Origin: Malacoraja senta
Lineage: Eukaryota
Assembly (NCBI GenBank): GCA_038087875.1
Contig: CM075989.1
Coordinates: 19,780,001 to 19,844,000 of the forward strand
Reading direction: 5' to 3'
Length of the DNA: 64,000 bases
In this document: positions 11,383 to 25,464 of the stretch, in pieces
How positions within the stretch are numbered: the stretch's first letter is position 1
How the letters are laid out: each line of letters starts with the position of its first letter
Notes under the pieces: generated by a model
Told to the model about the DNA's origin: nothing
Databases searched by the model: none
Seen by the model: the letters and a program-made list of their open reading frames with translations, nothing else
Position numbers and translations under genes: made by a program

Positions 11383-12089
11383 CCCTGCAACACCTCCACA
11401 CATGCTGCCTGACCTGTTGAGTTCCTCCAGCACTTTGTCTTTTTGTGCACGATTCTAGCATCTGCAGCCCCTTGTGTCTCCAACAAACCGGCAATGTTGC
11501 ACAGGGCTTCGTAAGGGAATTTTCTATGGTCTTTTACTTAGATACAACTTCGTATCACTACATAACAGGCACCCAACAGTCTCCAAGAACGCTTAAGTAA
11601 TTTACTGCACATTTTAAAACTCAATAGAATCCGCCTCTAGTTTCGGGGAATGCAAGTTAAATAAAATCATTTTGATCCAAAGCTTTGGATCAAAAACTCA
11701 CGTTTTTTTTCCCCGCACTGGAGCCGACTGCAAGCGACGTGCCCGATTAGAGCTGGCAGTGGGAGTGAACGCACTGTGCCTTTAAAAACTCTCCAAGCTC
11801 CTCGGCAATCAAAGGCGGAACAAGAATTGCTTGGATCCACTGAGTGGGAGCTGCCCAAGGCTGGTTCTACTCTGTCGAGGAAGCTCGCCGCCCGTTCTGC
11901 TGAAGGCAAGTCTTAGAGTGCACCCAACCTCAGGACCAATTCTCCCCTGTCGGACCCTCCAGCTCTCTGTCAACTGTACTACTCCAGAACTCTGCCCTGC
12001 CCAAACACCTTCATTGTGGGCGCACACAGATTGAAGACATCAAACAATTCCTTGGGAAAGCCTTTGGCCACATCACGGGTTGGGTCCAA

Positions 12090-12243
12090 GTGCAGGAACT
12101 GCAGATGCTGGTTTAAACCGAAGATAGACTCAAAAAGCTGGAGTAACTCAGCGGGACAGTCGGACAGCTTCTCTGGAGAAAAGGAATAGGTGACCCTGAA
12201 GAAGGTTCTAACCCGCTGAGTTACTCCAGCTTTTTGTGTCTAT
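12090..12243. mobile_element. Penelope terminal-repeat fold-back mini-element
   Basis: Reverse then forward repeat pieces; diverged TSD (ATCACGGGTTGGGTC / ATCACAGGTTAGGTC). Confidence 0.7.
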
Positions 12244-13594
12244 CACAGGTTAGGTCTAACTCCCTCTCCCTAGCTTACAACATTATCAACCTAGTGGATG
12301 GTTTTATCATTAGAAACTCCAGACATCGACTGAGGCGAAGAGTCATTACTTTCTCCAAGCTGATCATTGCCTGAAGAGATATTTTAGATAAATATTGACA
12401 GTAGTTGAAGAATATAGTAGTAAGCTATTGATGCAAGAGTTTTACAAGTAGCCAAGATTGTGTTTGTACGTTGTGAATGCAATTATTATTACACAGTTGA
12501 CTTCACTTCTATAACACCAGAGGCAATGTTTTACTGACTTCACTTGCTACAAACCTCTGTATTACTGCACTGAACAAAGACTTCTGAATACGAAAGACTG
12601 TCAGAAGTCTGGCATTTATGGAGACGAGGCCAAAATTTCCTTTGTATTTTTTGTGCTCCCATTAAAGGAATTTAACCTTAAACCCAATTGCTAAATACCA
12701 TCAGATCCTTGTGCCAATGGGTAATTTTGTTCCCCATTCTTTAAGCTCGTGAGGCCCAGGGCAGAATTCCCATTCCCCACACTGACCTTTCTGTTCTGGG
12801 CAGATGCCTTCTCCAATGCCAGAGTAAGGCCACACGCAAACTGGAGGAATAACACTTTGTAGTCCACTTGGGTAGCTTACAACGCAATGGAAGATAGACA
12901 CAAAAAGCTGGAGTAACTCAGTGGGACAGGCAGGATCTCCGGAGAGAAAGAATGGGTGACGGTTCAGGTCGAGACCCCTCTTCAGAGCTCCCCATCGTCA
13001 TTGCTTCAGCGATAGGCAAATCAAGGCGAACTGTTCAAGGTGCTTTCACGGTGACACGGGGCAGTGATATCTTTTCTTTTTTTCTCTTTTTATTTGAGCC
13101 AAGCATTTCCCTGGCAATGCATTAGAAAACATGTTTGCACCAAAAACATGCAGTGCTCCAATAACAACAATAGAAACTAAGTGAGGTAAAGGAACAGCAC
13201 TCGAATCTGGCCACAGTTGAACAAGCCAGTGCACTGCTACGGTTGTATTCTGAGATATGGGGGAGGATTAAAACCCTCAGATACGGTGGGCCGTCAAAGG
13301 AATGACATGGTGGTGCAGTGGTAGAGTTGCACATTTACAGCGCCAGAGAACTGGGATCACTTTTGACAGCGAGGAGCACTCTTCACTTTGCTTTCTTCAC
13401 TTCCAGAAAACCTCAAAGTAAACCGTGCAATAACTCCAGGTGTTCCTTCAAGCTCGCATTTTCAAATTAGATGGTTTTATGGGGTTGGAGAGGCATGGAA
13501 ACAGGCCTTCCGGCCCGTCTTGTCCTTGCCGACCAAGTTGGCACAACAGGCTAGTCACACTTGCTTCATTTGGCTCTAAACCATTCCTATCCTA

Positions 13595-13913
13595 GGGCGG
13601 CACGGTTGCGCAGTGGTAGAGTTGCTTCCTCACAGTGCCAGAGACCCGGGTTCAATCCTGACCACGGGTGCTGTCTGTACGGAGCTTGAACGTTCTCCCT
13701 GTGACCATGTGGTTTTTCTCCGGGTGCTCCGGTTTCCTCCCACACTCCAAAGACGTACAGGTTTGTAGGTTGATTGGCTTCGGTAAAAATTATAAATTGT
13801 CCCCAGTGTGTAGGATAGCGCTAGTGTGCGGGGATCACCGGTCAGCGTGGATTCGATGGGCCAAAGGGCCTGTTTCCATGTTGTATCTTTAAACTAAACT
13901 AAACTAAACTAAA
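13595..13913 (+). mobile_element. HE1-type SINE, full length
   Basis: A-box-like and B-box (GGTTCAATCC) head; (TAAAC)n tail. Confidence 0.88.
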
Positions 13914-16292
13914 GGTCATAACATTAAATTGAAATGGGCAACGGTTAAGTGACATGTGCAGGGCAAGTCTTTTACACAGAGGGTGGTGGGTGCCTGGAAT
14001 GGGCTGCCAAGGATGGTGGTGGTGGCAGATATGTTAGATTAAGGGGCTTTTGGATAAGCACATAGTTTTAGTTTTTAGTTTTAAAACATACAGGATGGAA
14101 ACAGACCCTTCAGCCTATCAAGTCATGGACATTGTGGGCCGAATGGCCTGTTCCTGTGCTGTACATTTCTCTCTGTGGAGAAAGAGAAGGGAGCGCAGAA
14201 GCAGTTAATTCACAGACTAGGACTAGATGTGTTTCTTTTTGATCAATATTGCAGGTCTTTCTTTTATTTACGGCCCTCCATCTGCAGAATCACAATTTTC
14301 TCCACATAATTCTCCGAGCAGCAGTATTCCTGATGATAATTCCGAATCGATAAAGGACTAGAGGGAAGAACAAAGGACAAAACCACTAATAAGGTGAGGA
14401 TTAATTTTTAATGGGGTGGATTTCAGCCTCAAAGGTTTCCCCGTTGCCTCAGCCTCGCTGTTTTCAGGTTTTAAACCCGAGGTTCTTTCAGGTACACTGC
14501 TATCCTGTCGACCCAAACAAGCGGACCTCTGATCTGACGGACATACTTCATCGTCCACTATCTAGTATAGCGATCGCGGGCCTCGAGCATCAGAGGTATT
14601 GGCAGCACAATGAGAAATGGCGGCACTAGGACCATCCTTCCCTCCTCCCCTCTCCAGCCCACCGGCAAGATGAAACACCACTTCAAAGCCACATGGCATG
14701 AACAAGTGAAATAGAGTTTTAACATCGAGGAGCACTCCTTGCTTTCTTCACTTCCAGAAAATATCAAAGTAAAATGTGCCAATAACTCCAGATAGACACA
14801 AAAAGCTGGAGTAACTCAGCGGGACAGGCAGCATCTCTGGAGAGATGGAATGAGTGACGTTTCGGGTCGAGACCCTTCCAGTCTGAAGAACTCAGGGCAA
14901 CAAACACATTGTTGAACTACTATCTACCTCTTTGGTGACCCTCAGACTATTCTTGATCTGACTTTACCAGCTTTACCTTGCACTAAACATTATTCCCTTA
15001 TCATGTATCTTTGCACTGCAAATGGCTCGATTGTAATCATGTATTGTCTCCCTGCTGACTGGTTAGCACGCAACAAAAGCTTTTCACTGTACCTCGGTAC
15101 ACGTGACAATAAACGCGACTAAACATTTGGCTTAGTTAAAATTGAGCACCAACTCGCGGGGGCAGCACGGTGGCGCAGCGGTAGAGCTGCTGCCTTGCGG
15201 CGTCGGAGACCTGGGTTACACCCTGCCTACGGGTGCTGTCTGTACGGAGTTTGTACGTTTACCCCGTGACCAGCGTGGGTTTTCTCTGAGATCTTCGGTT
15301 TCCCTCCCGCACTCCAACAGTGTGGATATTACCGGTTCTCCATTTCCACACATGGATGATGGTTGTAGGTTTAAGTTTATTGTTGTCATGTGAACTGAGG
15401 TACAGTGAAAAGCTTTGCTTTGCATACTATCCTTTCAAATCAGATAACTGTACGTAAATACAGTACAATCAAGCTAAACTCGACTATATTACATGAGCAA
15501 GATGATAGGGCAAAGATAGGAACCTGAGGGGCAACTTTTTCACTCAGAAGGTGGTGGGTGTATGCACCAAGATGTCAAAGAAGGTAGCTGAAGCAGGCAT
15601 TATAACAGCACTTAAAAGATACCTGGACAGGTATATGGATTGGAAGGGTTCAGAGGGACAAATATAGGCAAATCAGTTTAGATAATGTTCATAAATTGTA
15701 GGAGCTGAATTAGGCCATTTGGTCCATCAAGTCTACTCCGCCATTTAATCATGGCTGATCTATCTTTTCCTTTCAACCCCATTCTCCTGCCTTTGCCCCA
15801 TGACCCCTGAAACCCATACTAATCAAGAATGTGGCATTTTAATCAGCAAGGAGGGGTTGGGCTGAAGAGCCTGTTTCCGTGCTGTATGACGTTGAGACTC
15901 ATGGTAATTCCACCTTGCTGAGATCTTGTCTTCATTTTTACTGCTATTTGCACCTGTTCATTTTATTTTAGACAACCTGCAGTTGGTCTGCAGGTGACAT
16001 TTACTTCAACACAACTGGTAGCAGGTAAAATAGCTTGCGCATGTTCCCAGCGCTCCGAAACGTTCCCAGACAAGGCACGGCGATATAAGCGAGGGTTAGC
16101 TTCATGCATGCAGTGAATGAGATGTAATGTGCCTCGGGCTAACAACCTGCGCTTTTGTTTCTGGGTCACACCAGACACTGTGGGGATTGCAGGCTGTGTA
16201 TTTCTGTTCCCTCCAACAGCCAGGAAAATACTACGCTGACAGCCTACATTTTTCAACCAACAATGAGAATTGTTTATTACAGGAGCGGCATG

Positions 16293-16612
16293 TGGGCGTC
16301 ACGGTGGCGCAGCGGTAGAGTTGTTGCCTTACAGCGCTTGCAGCGCCGGAGACCCGGGTTTGATCCCGTCTACGGGTGCTGTCTGTACGGAGTTTGTACG
16401 TTCTCCCCGTGACCTGCGTGGGTTTTCTCCGTGATCTTCGGTTTGCTCCCACACACCAAAGACGTACAGGTTTGCAGGTTAATTGGCTTGGTGTATGTGT
16501 AAACTGTCACTAATGTTGGTAGGATCGTGTTAATGTGCAGGGATCGCTGGTCGGCGCGGACTCGGTGGGCCGAAGGGCCTGTTTGCGCGCTGTATCTCTA
16601 AACTAATCCAAA
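16293..16612 (+). mobile_element. HE1-type SINE, full length
   Basis: Head GGTGGCGCAGCGGTAGAG, body, tail. Confidence 0.88.
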
Positions 16613-17624
16613 CTATATTAAAAAAGGAGAGAAATATGACTTCTGGTTGTGCCACCAGGTGGTTCCAAGTGAGAACTAGTGCTTTATTGAAGGTACAGTC
16701 GGGAACTTGCAGCCCTTGCTGAATAAAGAGCCGGTATCGGTAAACATGACCTTGAAGTGGTCAGGTTGAAGGCAATACTTAATTTAGTTCAGCAATGTCC
16801 CAGGGAAGTAAACCCGCCATCCTCATCCACCTGGCCAACTCTCCATTCCCATCTCACCCCAATATTGTTGACCTGCTCTCTGAAGCAAGAAACTCAATCG
16901 AGCCAAACTATTAAATGAATGGAGCATAAAGGCCTTTGGGCCCTCAATTAGCCAGCTTGCTCTCCCTGTGAACAGCCAGTCAGGGAAACAGGCCTAGGCA
17001 CCGATGCAAACTTAAGGAAGGTCGTAAAAATGTCAACGTGCTCTTTAACTTTCCCTGGTCCTTTTAATAGTTTTCTGACGAAACAAATGTTTGAGAGTGC
17101 CAGAGGTATTTTTCTGCAGAATTTCAGATGAAACTTAACTTAGTCACTCCATCCCAAAATTGTACATCACTCAACCGACTTGGATAATCAGGCTTCAAGT
17201 CATCGAGTCGTAGAGTCATAGACATAGAGTGATACAGCATGGAAACAGGCCCTTTGGCCCAACATGCCCATACCGGCCAATATGTCCCCTCTACATTACT
17301 GCCACCTGCCCGTGTTTGGCCCAAATCCCCCTAAACCTGTCCTGTCCATGTACCTTTAGTCAATTTAGGATAAGTGCAAGATTGTGGCCTGAATGCACAT
17401 TTTGATGCATTTCTGGTCCCACATAATTAGGGGCAGTAATATTTTGTGACAGTACATGCCAGTATAGTATACGTGCACCTCTACAAAGTTCAAAATTAGA
17501 CTTTAGAGATACTGCGGGGAAACAGGCCCTTCGGCCCACCTAGTCCGTGCTGACCAGTGATCACCACGTACACCATCCTACACACACTAGGGACAATTTT
17601 ACAACTAACCAAAACCATTTACCT

Positions 17625-17800
17625 CTGGAGGCACACACTGTGACACACACATAGAGACTACTCTGTGGGGACTAACTTGAAGGACACACGTGTGGACTCA
17701 CCTATGGCGACTGACTGATGGGACTCACCTGTGGAATATATGTGGGGGCTCACCTGTAGGCCATTGGTAAAGACTCACCTGTGGCAACTCACCTGTAGAG
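17625..17800. repeat. Degenerate minisatellite (GACTCACCTGTGG-like unit)
   Basis: Repeated CTCACCTGT(G/A)G units. Confidence 0.6.
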
Positions 17801-18497
17801 AAGGCCTTTCAAGAGTCTGTCAGAATCGGCAGGAGAGACCACACCTCCACGGCAGCCAGCAGGCCCTTGCACAACCGTTGCCCCGACGCTCTCAGTTCTT
17901 CTGCCTGAACGTGCCCTCCCTCAGCGAGTCCCAACTCCTGTTTAAATTCTGAAGATTTCCCAACACCTCTCGCTCTGTGTAATCATCTACTACCCGCTCA
18001 TCGATTTAAATTTGCGCAAGGGCTCTGAGAATTCACCACACTGCTTCAGGTGCTCACCTTCGGGGTAAGACAGGCATTTCTGTCAAACATTTGCTGCAAG
18101 CAAAACAAGGAAAGGCAGAGGTGTGAAAACACTGGGTTAGTTTCAACCAGATTAACAGCAACACCTTGTGAACACTGCAGGAAGGAACTGCAGATGCTGG
18201 TTTAAACCGAAGACAGATTTAAAAAATGCTGGAGTAACTCAGCGGGACAGACTGGAGACTGATACTGAGGTGAACACTGATCAGTGAAGAGATACAGGCT
18301 GCAGTTATGGTTGAAACTAAAGATCATGTGTGGGTTTAGTGATAGCAGGAGTGGAGCATAACAGTTTTACCATAACATTTGCAATTCCCCCCACAAGAGT
18401 TATTTTTACATATATAGATATTCCTCTTAAAGGTGCCCAACTCTTACCTGGAAAGACTTTGGCTCACAAACACTGAAAGGTCATAACGGTGACAAAA

Positions 18498-19392
18498 GGA
18501 ACTGCAGATGATGGAATCTTGAGCGAAACACAAAGTGCTGGAGGAACTTAACAGGTCGGATAGCATCTGTGGAGGGAATGGACTGAAGACATTTCAAGTC
18601 AGGACCCTTCATCAGATGGAAGAGGGGAGGGGAGGGAGGTTGAAAGCTGAGAAAGAGAGGTCTGAGTGGGGCAAACCCTGGCAAATGGCACCTCTAGTCT
18701 CCCTCTCTCCTGACTCTCAGTCTGAAGAAGGGTCTCGGCCTGAAAGGTCACTATTCCTTTTCAGAGATGCTGCCTGACCCGTAGTTACTCCAGCTTTTTG
18801 TGTCTATCCTGGCAAGTGATAGGTGGATATAGGTGAGGGTGGTGGGGGGAGGGGGGTGATTGGCGAATGGGTGGAGTATGTGACAAAGGCTAGAGGTGAA
18901 AAGGAGACAAAAGGATGTCAAATAAGGAAAGAAGAGAGGAGTGAAAAGTAAAGCAGGAGGGAGGAATATGGGTGGGGTGGAATAGAAGGGGAAGGGGGGG
19001 ATAAACGGGAAAAGGGGGATGAGAGATGAATGTATGGATGAGAGATAAGGAGCAGGGTGACTGGGGGAAGGTTGGAGATGTTGGGTGGGGGTGTGGAGGG
19101 TATTATTTGAAATTGGAGAATTCAGTGTTTATACCCAAGTCTAAAGAAGGGCCCTGACCAAAAACGTCAACTGTCCTTTTTCTCCAGAGATGCTACCTGA
19201 CCCGCTGAGTTACTCCAGCACGACGTGTTGTGCATGACGAATTCAATGTTCATACCGTTAGGTTGTAAGCTATTCAAGTGGAATGTGAGGTGCTGTTTCC
19301 TATAGTTTGTGTGTAGTAAGACTCTGGCAATGGAGGAGGCCCAGGCCAGAAAGGTCAGTGTGGGAATGGGAAGGGGAGTTAAACATTTAGGA
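18498..19392 (-). mobile_element. Decayed Penelope-like 3' region with nested terminal-repeat pieces
   Basis: Reverse terminal repeat, purine-rich UTR and residues matching the GIY-YIG end of 5799-6995. Confidence 0.65.
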
Positions 19393-19644
19393 ACTGGGTG
19401 TCCAATACATGTGACCCAGATTCACCTGGCCTCTAATTTTTCTCCAAAAACTCCTGGTTAAAGTCTGCGATCTTTCTCAACTCCATGCTTATGTTTGATG
19501 CAAGTTGGAATAATCATCTTATCCATGTATCTCTTGTGGGAATATCTGTTTGGACAAGACAAGTCAAAGAATATTGGCAAAGCCCAAGACAAATAACAAA
19601 CCCAAAAGACAGAGTGAATAGACATTTTACATTAGAACTGAAGA

Positions 19645-19826
19645 GCGACACAAAAAGCTGGAGTAACTCAGCGGGTCAGACAGCATCTCTGGAGAAAAGG
19701 AATAGGTTTCGACCCAAAACGTCACCTATTCCTTTTTTCCAGAGATGCTGTCTGATCCGTTGAGTTACTCCAGCTTTTTGTGTCTATCTTTGGTTTAAAC
19801 CAACATCTGCAGTTCCTTCCTACACA
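19645..19826. mobile_element. Penelope terminal-repeat fold-back mini-element
   Basis: GACACAAAAAGCTGGAGTAACTCA ... TGAGTTACTCCAGCTTTTTGTGTC inverted arms. Confidence 0.8.
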
Positions 19827-20356
19827 AATTTCTGTAAGATGCCAACTTTCATGATCAAACATAAAAGAATAAAGTACTATTGTGCATCTTGTTTTCACAG
19901 ATTTAATTGGAGATCTATTCCTGGGCAAACATAGAAACAAAAATAGGTGCAGGAGTAGGCCATTCAGCACCACCATTCAACATGATCATGGCTGACCATC
20001 CGAAATCTGTACCCCGTTCCTGCTTTCTCCCCATATTGAATTGAACTTATTTGTCATTCAAAAAAAGAAAATTAGAACAAAATGTCATTACCATACAGTC
20101 ATAACAATAAAAAGCAAGTAAAACACACAATTACATAAATTTAACACAAACATCCATCACAGTGACGCTCCTCCAGGCACCTCCTCACTGTGATTGAACG
20201 TAAAAAAAAGTCTTATCTTCCTTGCTTCTTCTCCCACGGTCAGGCAGTCAAACTGCTGCGTCCAGGCAATCAAGGCTACCGATATTGAACACGTCGTGAG
20301 ACATTTTTCCTACATCTAACCTGTCCAATCCCTTAATAATTTTACATGTTTCATAT

Positions 20357-20940
20357 ATGTTGAGAAGATTACAGAGAGTCGGTATGTCAAGGAGGACTCT
20401 CTCTAACTTCTACAGGTGCACAGTAGAGAGCATGCTGACCGGTTGCATCGTGGCTTGGTTCGGCAGCTTGAGCGTCCTGGCGAGGAAAAGACTACAAAAA
20501 GTAGTAAACACTGCCCAGTTCATCATCGGCTCCGACCTCCCTTCCATCGAGGGGATTTATCCCAGTCGCTGCCTCAAAAAGGCTGGCAACATCATCAAGG
20601 ACCCACACCATCCTGGCCACACACTCATCTGCCCGCTACCTTCAGGTAGAAGGTACAGGAGCCTGAGGACTGCAACGACCAGGTTCAGGAATAGCTACTT
20701 CCCCACAGCCATCAGGCCATTAAACTCGGCACGGACAAAACTCTGAACATTAATAGCCCATTATCTGTTTATTTGCACTTTATCCGTTTATTTATTCATG
20801 CGTGTATATATTTATATGATGGTATATGGACACACTGATCTGTTCTGTATTCATGCCTACTATGTTCTGTTGTGCTGAAGCAAAGCAAGAATTTCATTGT
20901 CCTATCAGGAACACATGACAATAACCTCTCTTGACTTGAT
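20357..20940 (+). mobile_element. Rex1/Babar LINE 3' fragment
   Basis: [35 protein letters not shown]...RFRNSYFPTAIR; close match to 61595-62150; (CTTGA)n tail. Confidence 0.88.
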
Positions 20941-22057
20941 GTTTCTTATGTTTGTTTCTATATGTTTCTTCAAAATGAAAATCACTAACATGGAACTGGT
21001 CAACACCATGAATCTGAATCCTGAACTTAATGTAATCACCTTGGTAATGACAGGAGTTGGAAAAAGCACGTGGAAAATGTTGGGAAAGTTCAGTAGGTCA
21101 GTTATCTATTAATGTAAGTCTTGCAGATGTGGTTTTGTCCACTGACGTACAGCAGCATCTCTTTCACAACGCCTTTAAAGGCGAGTCGAATTGGAGTCAT
21201 TACTCAAATTCTTTTTAAAACCTTTCACAATGGTAATTTTCATGGAATTAGCCGACAAAAACAGCAATCATTAACTTCCTTACTGGGGCTGCTTTCAGAC
21301 AATGCATTTGGATACGAAAGCAACAAAGGGAGAATGGAGAAACAAGGAAAGAGACAAAGTGCTGGAGTAACTCAGCGGGTCAGGCAGCATCTCTGGAGAA
21401 CATGGATAGGTGACGTTTCAGGTCGGGACCCTTCTTCAGACTGATTGCAGGGCTGGGAGGGGGGGAAAGTCATTAAACTTATAAGTGTAGAAAGCACATG
21501 ACAATAAAGTGCCTTGAACTATTGAACCATCTTGAAATTCCAGGAGTACCTCAAGGCCTGAGAAAAAGACACAAAGTGCTGGAGTAACAACAGCACCTCT
21601 CGAGGAAATGGATGGGTGACGTTTTGGGTCGGGACTCTTCTTCAGACTGAAAGTAGAGGGGAGGGAACTGGAGGTAAGAAAAGGTTTATATTCGTTATAC
21701 ATTTATATTGAATAGTCAGGATAGGTATGGTGTTATGGGAAAGGCCACCACTAGTTTTGTCAACCATGGATACGAGTTCAAATCCTACCAGGGCATCTGT
21801 GGAATATAAATTCAGGTAATTAAATACGATCTGGAATTTAAAGGAGGTAAAAATGAGTTTCAGTATCCACCTTTAAAACCACTGAATTTGTGTCAAAAAC
21901 CCACATGTGCTTTAGGGAGAGAAATCTTTTATCTTTCCTTGTCTGGTCTATCTGTGTAGACCCATCGATGTGGTTGTCTCAGAGATGGGTTATCCGTGCC
22001 CGTGATTCCCATGTCCTGGGAACAAATTTAAAAAAAAAGAAAATTTGCAATTTCCAT

Positions 22058-22373
22058 GGGGCTGTACGGTGGCGCAGCGGTCGAGCTACTGCCGCACAGC
22101 GCCAGAGACCCAGGCTCAATTCTGACTACAGGCCCTGTCTGTATGGAGTTTGTGTGTTTTCCCTGTGACCGTGTGGGTTTTCTCCGAGATCTTCGGTTTC
22201 CCCCCACACTCCAAAGACGTACAGGGTTTGCAGGTTCATTGGCCTGGTATAAATGTAAATTGTCCCTAGTGTGTGTAGGATAGTGTTAACGTGCGGGCAT
22301 CGCTGGCCGGCGCGGTCTCCGGGGGCCGAGGGGCCTGTTTCCGCACTGTAACTCTAAACTAAAACTAAACTAA
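22058..22373 (+). mobile_element. HE1-type SINE, full length
   Basis: Head, body, tail. Confidence 0.85.
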
Positions 22374-22484
22374 TGGAGAATCTAGAAATCTCATCTTTGC
22401 CACAGAAGCCCTGATGTCAGTTCCTGGGTATGTGACCTGCTGAACCAAGGTTGGTATAAAGTCTAACCTTCTGAAGTTAATATA

Positions 22485-23524
22485 TAGCAATGTTACAAAA
22501 TTTTGAGATTTAAAACATAAAGTCTGCAATTTATCCCATCAGATAAAGCATAAAAAGAAGTTTAATTTGACACCTAATTCACTTTCATATCTTCAGTATT
22601 AAAGAAGTTATGGCCATTTTCATACTCGGAAATTAGCATCTTGTTCCCTATTGCTTTTCCATTGACTTAACACAAAAGCTGTGATCGAGGACAGTTAAAA
22701 GCCCATAACTTTCTTAAAAATTAAGATAACTGAAAGAAATTTTCAGTTATTATAGATTGAAGCATTCTGAAACAAATATGAAACAATCTTACTTAGAAGA
22801 CATGAAAGTAAAGCATATAATTAGTTAGTTACCTAATTGTAGCTAATTACAAAATTCAATTACTAGATCTAAACATCTATCAATTTCTTAAGAATAGATT
22901 AACATTTTTAAATAGCCTAAGTGTCCAAATAACATTCACACAATAATTCACAATATAACATAATTTTTAAATCTCATTTTCATGAATTTACAGGCCAAAT
23001 GGAAGGAATTGAATGTTTAATACCTGTAAATTAATGGGCATTTAAATCATCTTGTGAGTGAGGATTTCTGGAACGCGATCTTTTAGAACGTTCATTTGCG
23101 GTGAATTTAACCCCGTATTGGCATGAAAAATACTGCCGTTAGTTCGGGGAATAAAATCACCGTTTTGCATGAAAAAATGTGAATTAAAGGCTTCTTAAGA
23201 AGCACTTTTATACATTTAAAGAAACCACTTTTGTTTACCTGTCCCGTGTGTGAAATCCGTCCCCGTTATCGGCGTTGACGCTTCAGGAGCTGCTTTTAAA
23301 ATTACTCCAGCGCTGACATTGACGATTTAATAAAAATAAAAAATTCACAAAACGCCCCTATGAACGATTTTTCAGCAAACGCTTGTACTCCAACGAAATA
23401 TAATTCAGGACAAGGGAGGAGAAACCGCGTTTTAACCCCGCCCCCCCTTAAAGGCGCCAAAATCGCGCACACTGCCAGTGGCAGAATTACAGCGCGACTG
23501 AAGGTAAGTTTTGTAACATACCTA
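22485..23524. mobile_element. Non-autonomous DNA transposon (1040 bp), superfamily unassigned
   Basis: 16-bp TIRs TAGCAATGTTACAAAA / TTTTGTAACATACCTA (14/16 match); TAATATA duplicated on both sides; no ORF. Confidence 0.8.
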
Positions 23525-24265
23525 TAATATATGAACCTCCGGCAGAGGGAACCCAGCGATCACACGGAATTGGTGGATCACCAAGGCAGCAAATTCTTAC
23601 TCAGGAACATGTCAAGTAACGTTTTTGGAATCATAGAGTCATACTGCATGGAAACAGACCCTTCGGCCCAACTTGCCCAGACTTGCCAACATGTCCCATC
23701 TACACTAGTTAAACAGTTGATGTTCATGTGACTGTTCATGGGAGTTTGCTGTGAACAATCTGGCTTGTACATTTCTTATCTCTCCACAGTAGACACAAAA
23801 TGCTGGAGTAACTCAGCGGGTGAGGCAGCATCTCTGGAGAGAAGGAATGGGCGGAGACCCGACTCAGAGAATAGTCACGTCATCGCCAGGAGGCGACTGG
23901 GAAACGGTTTCCCCCTTACCCTACCCCCCTCCCCCACATAGAAAAGCGAAAGAAACCTCCTTAACATACTTTTAACCAAACTAAAAAATAAAAAAAGATG
24001 GAAAAAACGGACAGACTGTTGGCAGAGGCAGCCTTCATGCGGCGCCCCTAGTGGGAAGAGGAAGGGGATGGAGAGAGAAAGCAAGGGCTATCTGAAGTTA
24101 GAGAAGTCAATGTTCATACCGCTGGGGTGTAAACTACCCTCCACCATGACCTTACTTCAGAATTGCTTTATTGGTGGTAAAGACCTTTGGGATGTCTTAA
24201 AAGACAGGGGTTGGGGGGGTGGTGGTGGAATGGGACAGGGTTAGAAAGCTCCATAGAAATAACTT

Positions 24266-24391
24266 CGTAGGAAGGAACTGCAGATGCTGGTTTACACCAA
24301 AGAAGGGTCTCGACCTGAAACGTCGCCCATTCCTTCTATCCAGAGATGCTGCCCGTCCCGCTGAGTCACTCCAGCATTTTGTGTCCATCGG
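24266..24391. mobile_element. Penelope terminal-repeat mini-element
   Basis: 12-bp TSD TAGAAATAACTT (24254-24265, 24392-24403). Confidence 0.8.
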
Positions 24392-25464
24392 TAGAAATAA
24401 CTTTATTTACTTTTGTCTTTGCTTTCACCACAGTAGCTCCCGGTGTGAATTTGGGAGACACCAACAAATTCACTCATTTTACTCCATTAATAAAGAAAAA
24501 GGGAATGTATGCGGATGTCATTCATTCATTCATAACAATCGAGACTGAGTTGTAATTTAATTGGGAAGAAGATACCGGAGCCTGAAGACTGTGACCACCA
24601 GGTTCAAGAACAGCTTCTTCCCAACAACTATCAGGCTTTTCAGCACTGACTCCAATAGTCATTGAGACATGCAAGGGTCAAGAGTTGTCAAGTGTCATGT
24701 GTGTTTAATCAGGCTCTCGAACACTCCTCAACACTAACCACAGAGGGGTCAAGGAAAGAGCGTTCATGTCGCGGCCCTGTTTCCACTAATCTCTCCACCA
24801 CCACGCTCAAGAAGCGCAAGACAGACACCATTGTATGCAGATGCCGAGAAGTGTGTTCAGCTCTGGCTGAACAACTAATCTTGTGTGTGGACTCGACAAG
24901 AAGACTAACCACAGCAACTATGATCTTCAATGGACTATATCCTTAGTTGCATGACAGACTTTGTTTCTTGCATTATTATGCTCTAGTTACCTGGTATTAC
25001 AGTTATCATTGATTGTATTTTTGATTACTATACATTTATCTGTGTGTTATTGTGTCAATGAACTTTTAAGCTGCAGCAAGTAAGAATTTCATTGTTCATT
25101 TGCTGGTACATATGACAATTAAACACTCATTACTCTTGACTTAACTCTTGATCTTCGTAGGACTCCATGACTATTATGGCGACCTAATATTACGGTTAGA
25201 AATTCATTGCACTGTTGATTATTATATATTTAACTTAGTGTTATTATATTTCTGGGCTTATAAGGCTGCAACAAGTAAATACGTCATTGTTCCATTGACG
25301 GTACATATGACAATTAAACACTCTCAACTCTCTTGACTGTAGATCACTGTTCATGAAGGCATAATTAGACAGACTAATTTCAGCACCAATTTATCGAGCT
25401 TCAAAGACTATCCAGTGCCCCTATAAAAAGATGGAACTCTAAAATGTTGGGAGCATTGAGTGCT

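Noticed and set aside
13595..13670. tRNA gene calls for SINE heads
   Set aside because: A/B-box-like heads run straight into the SINE body, with no complete cloverleaf or terminator.
14288..14393. Possible exon (CAG acceptor, AAG|GTGAGG donor)
   Set aside because: The best frame hits a stop and has no recognisable homology. A non-coding exon cannot be excluded.
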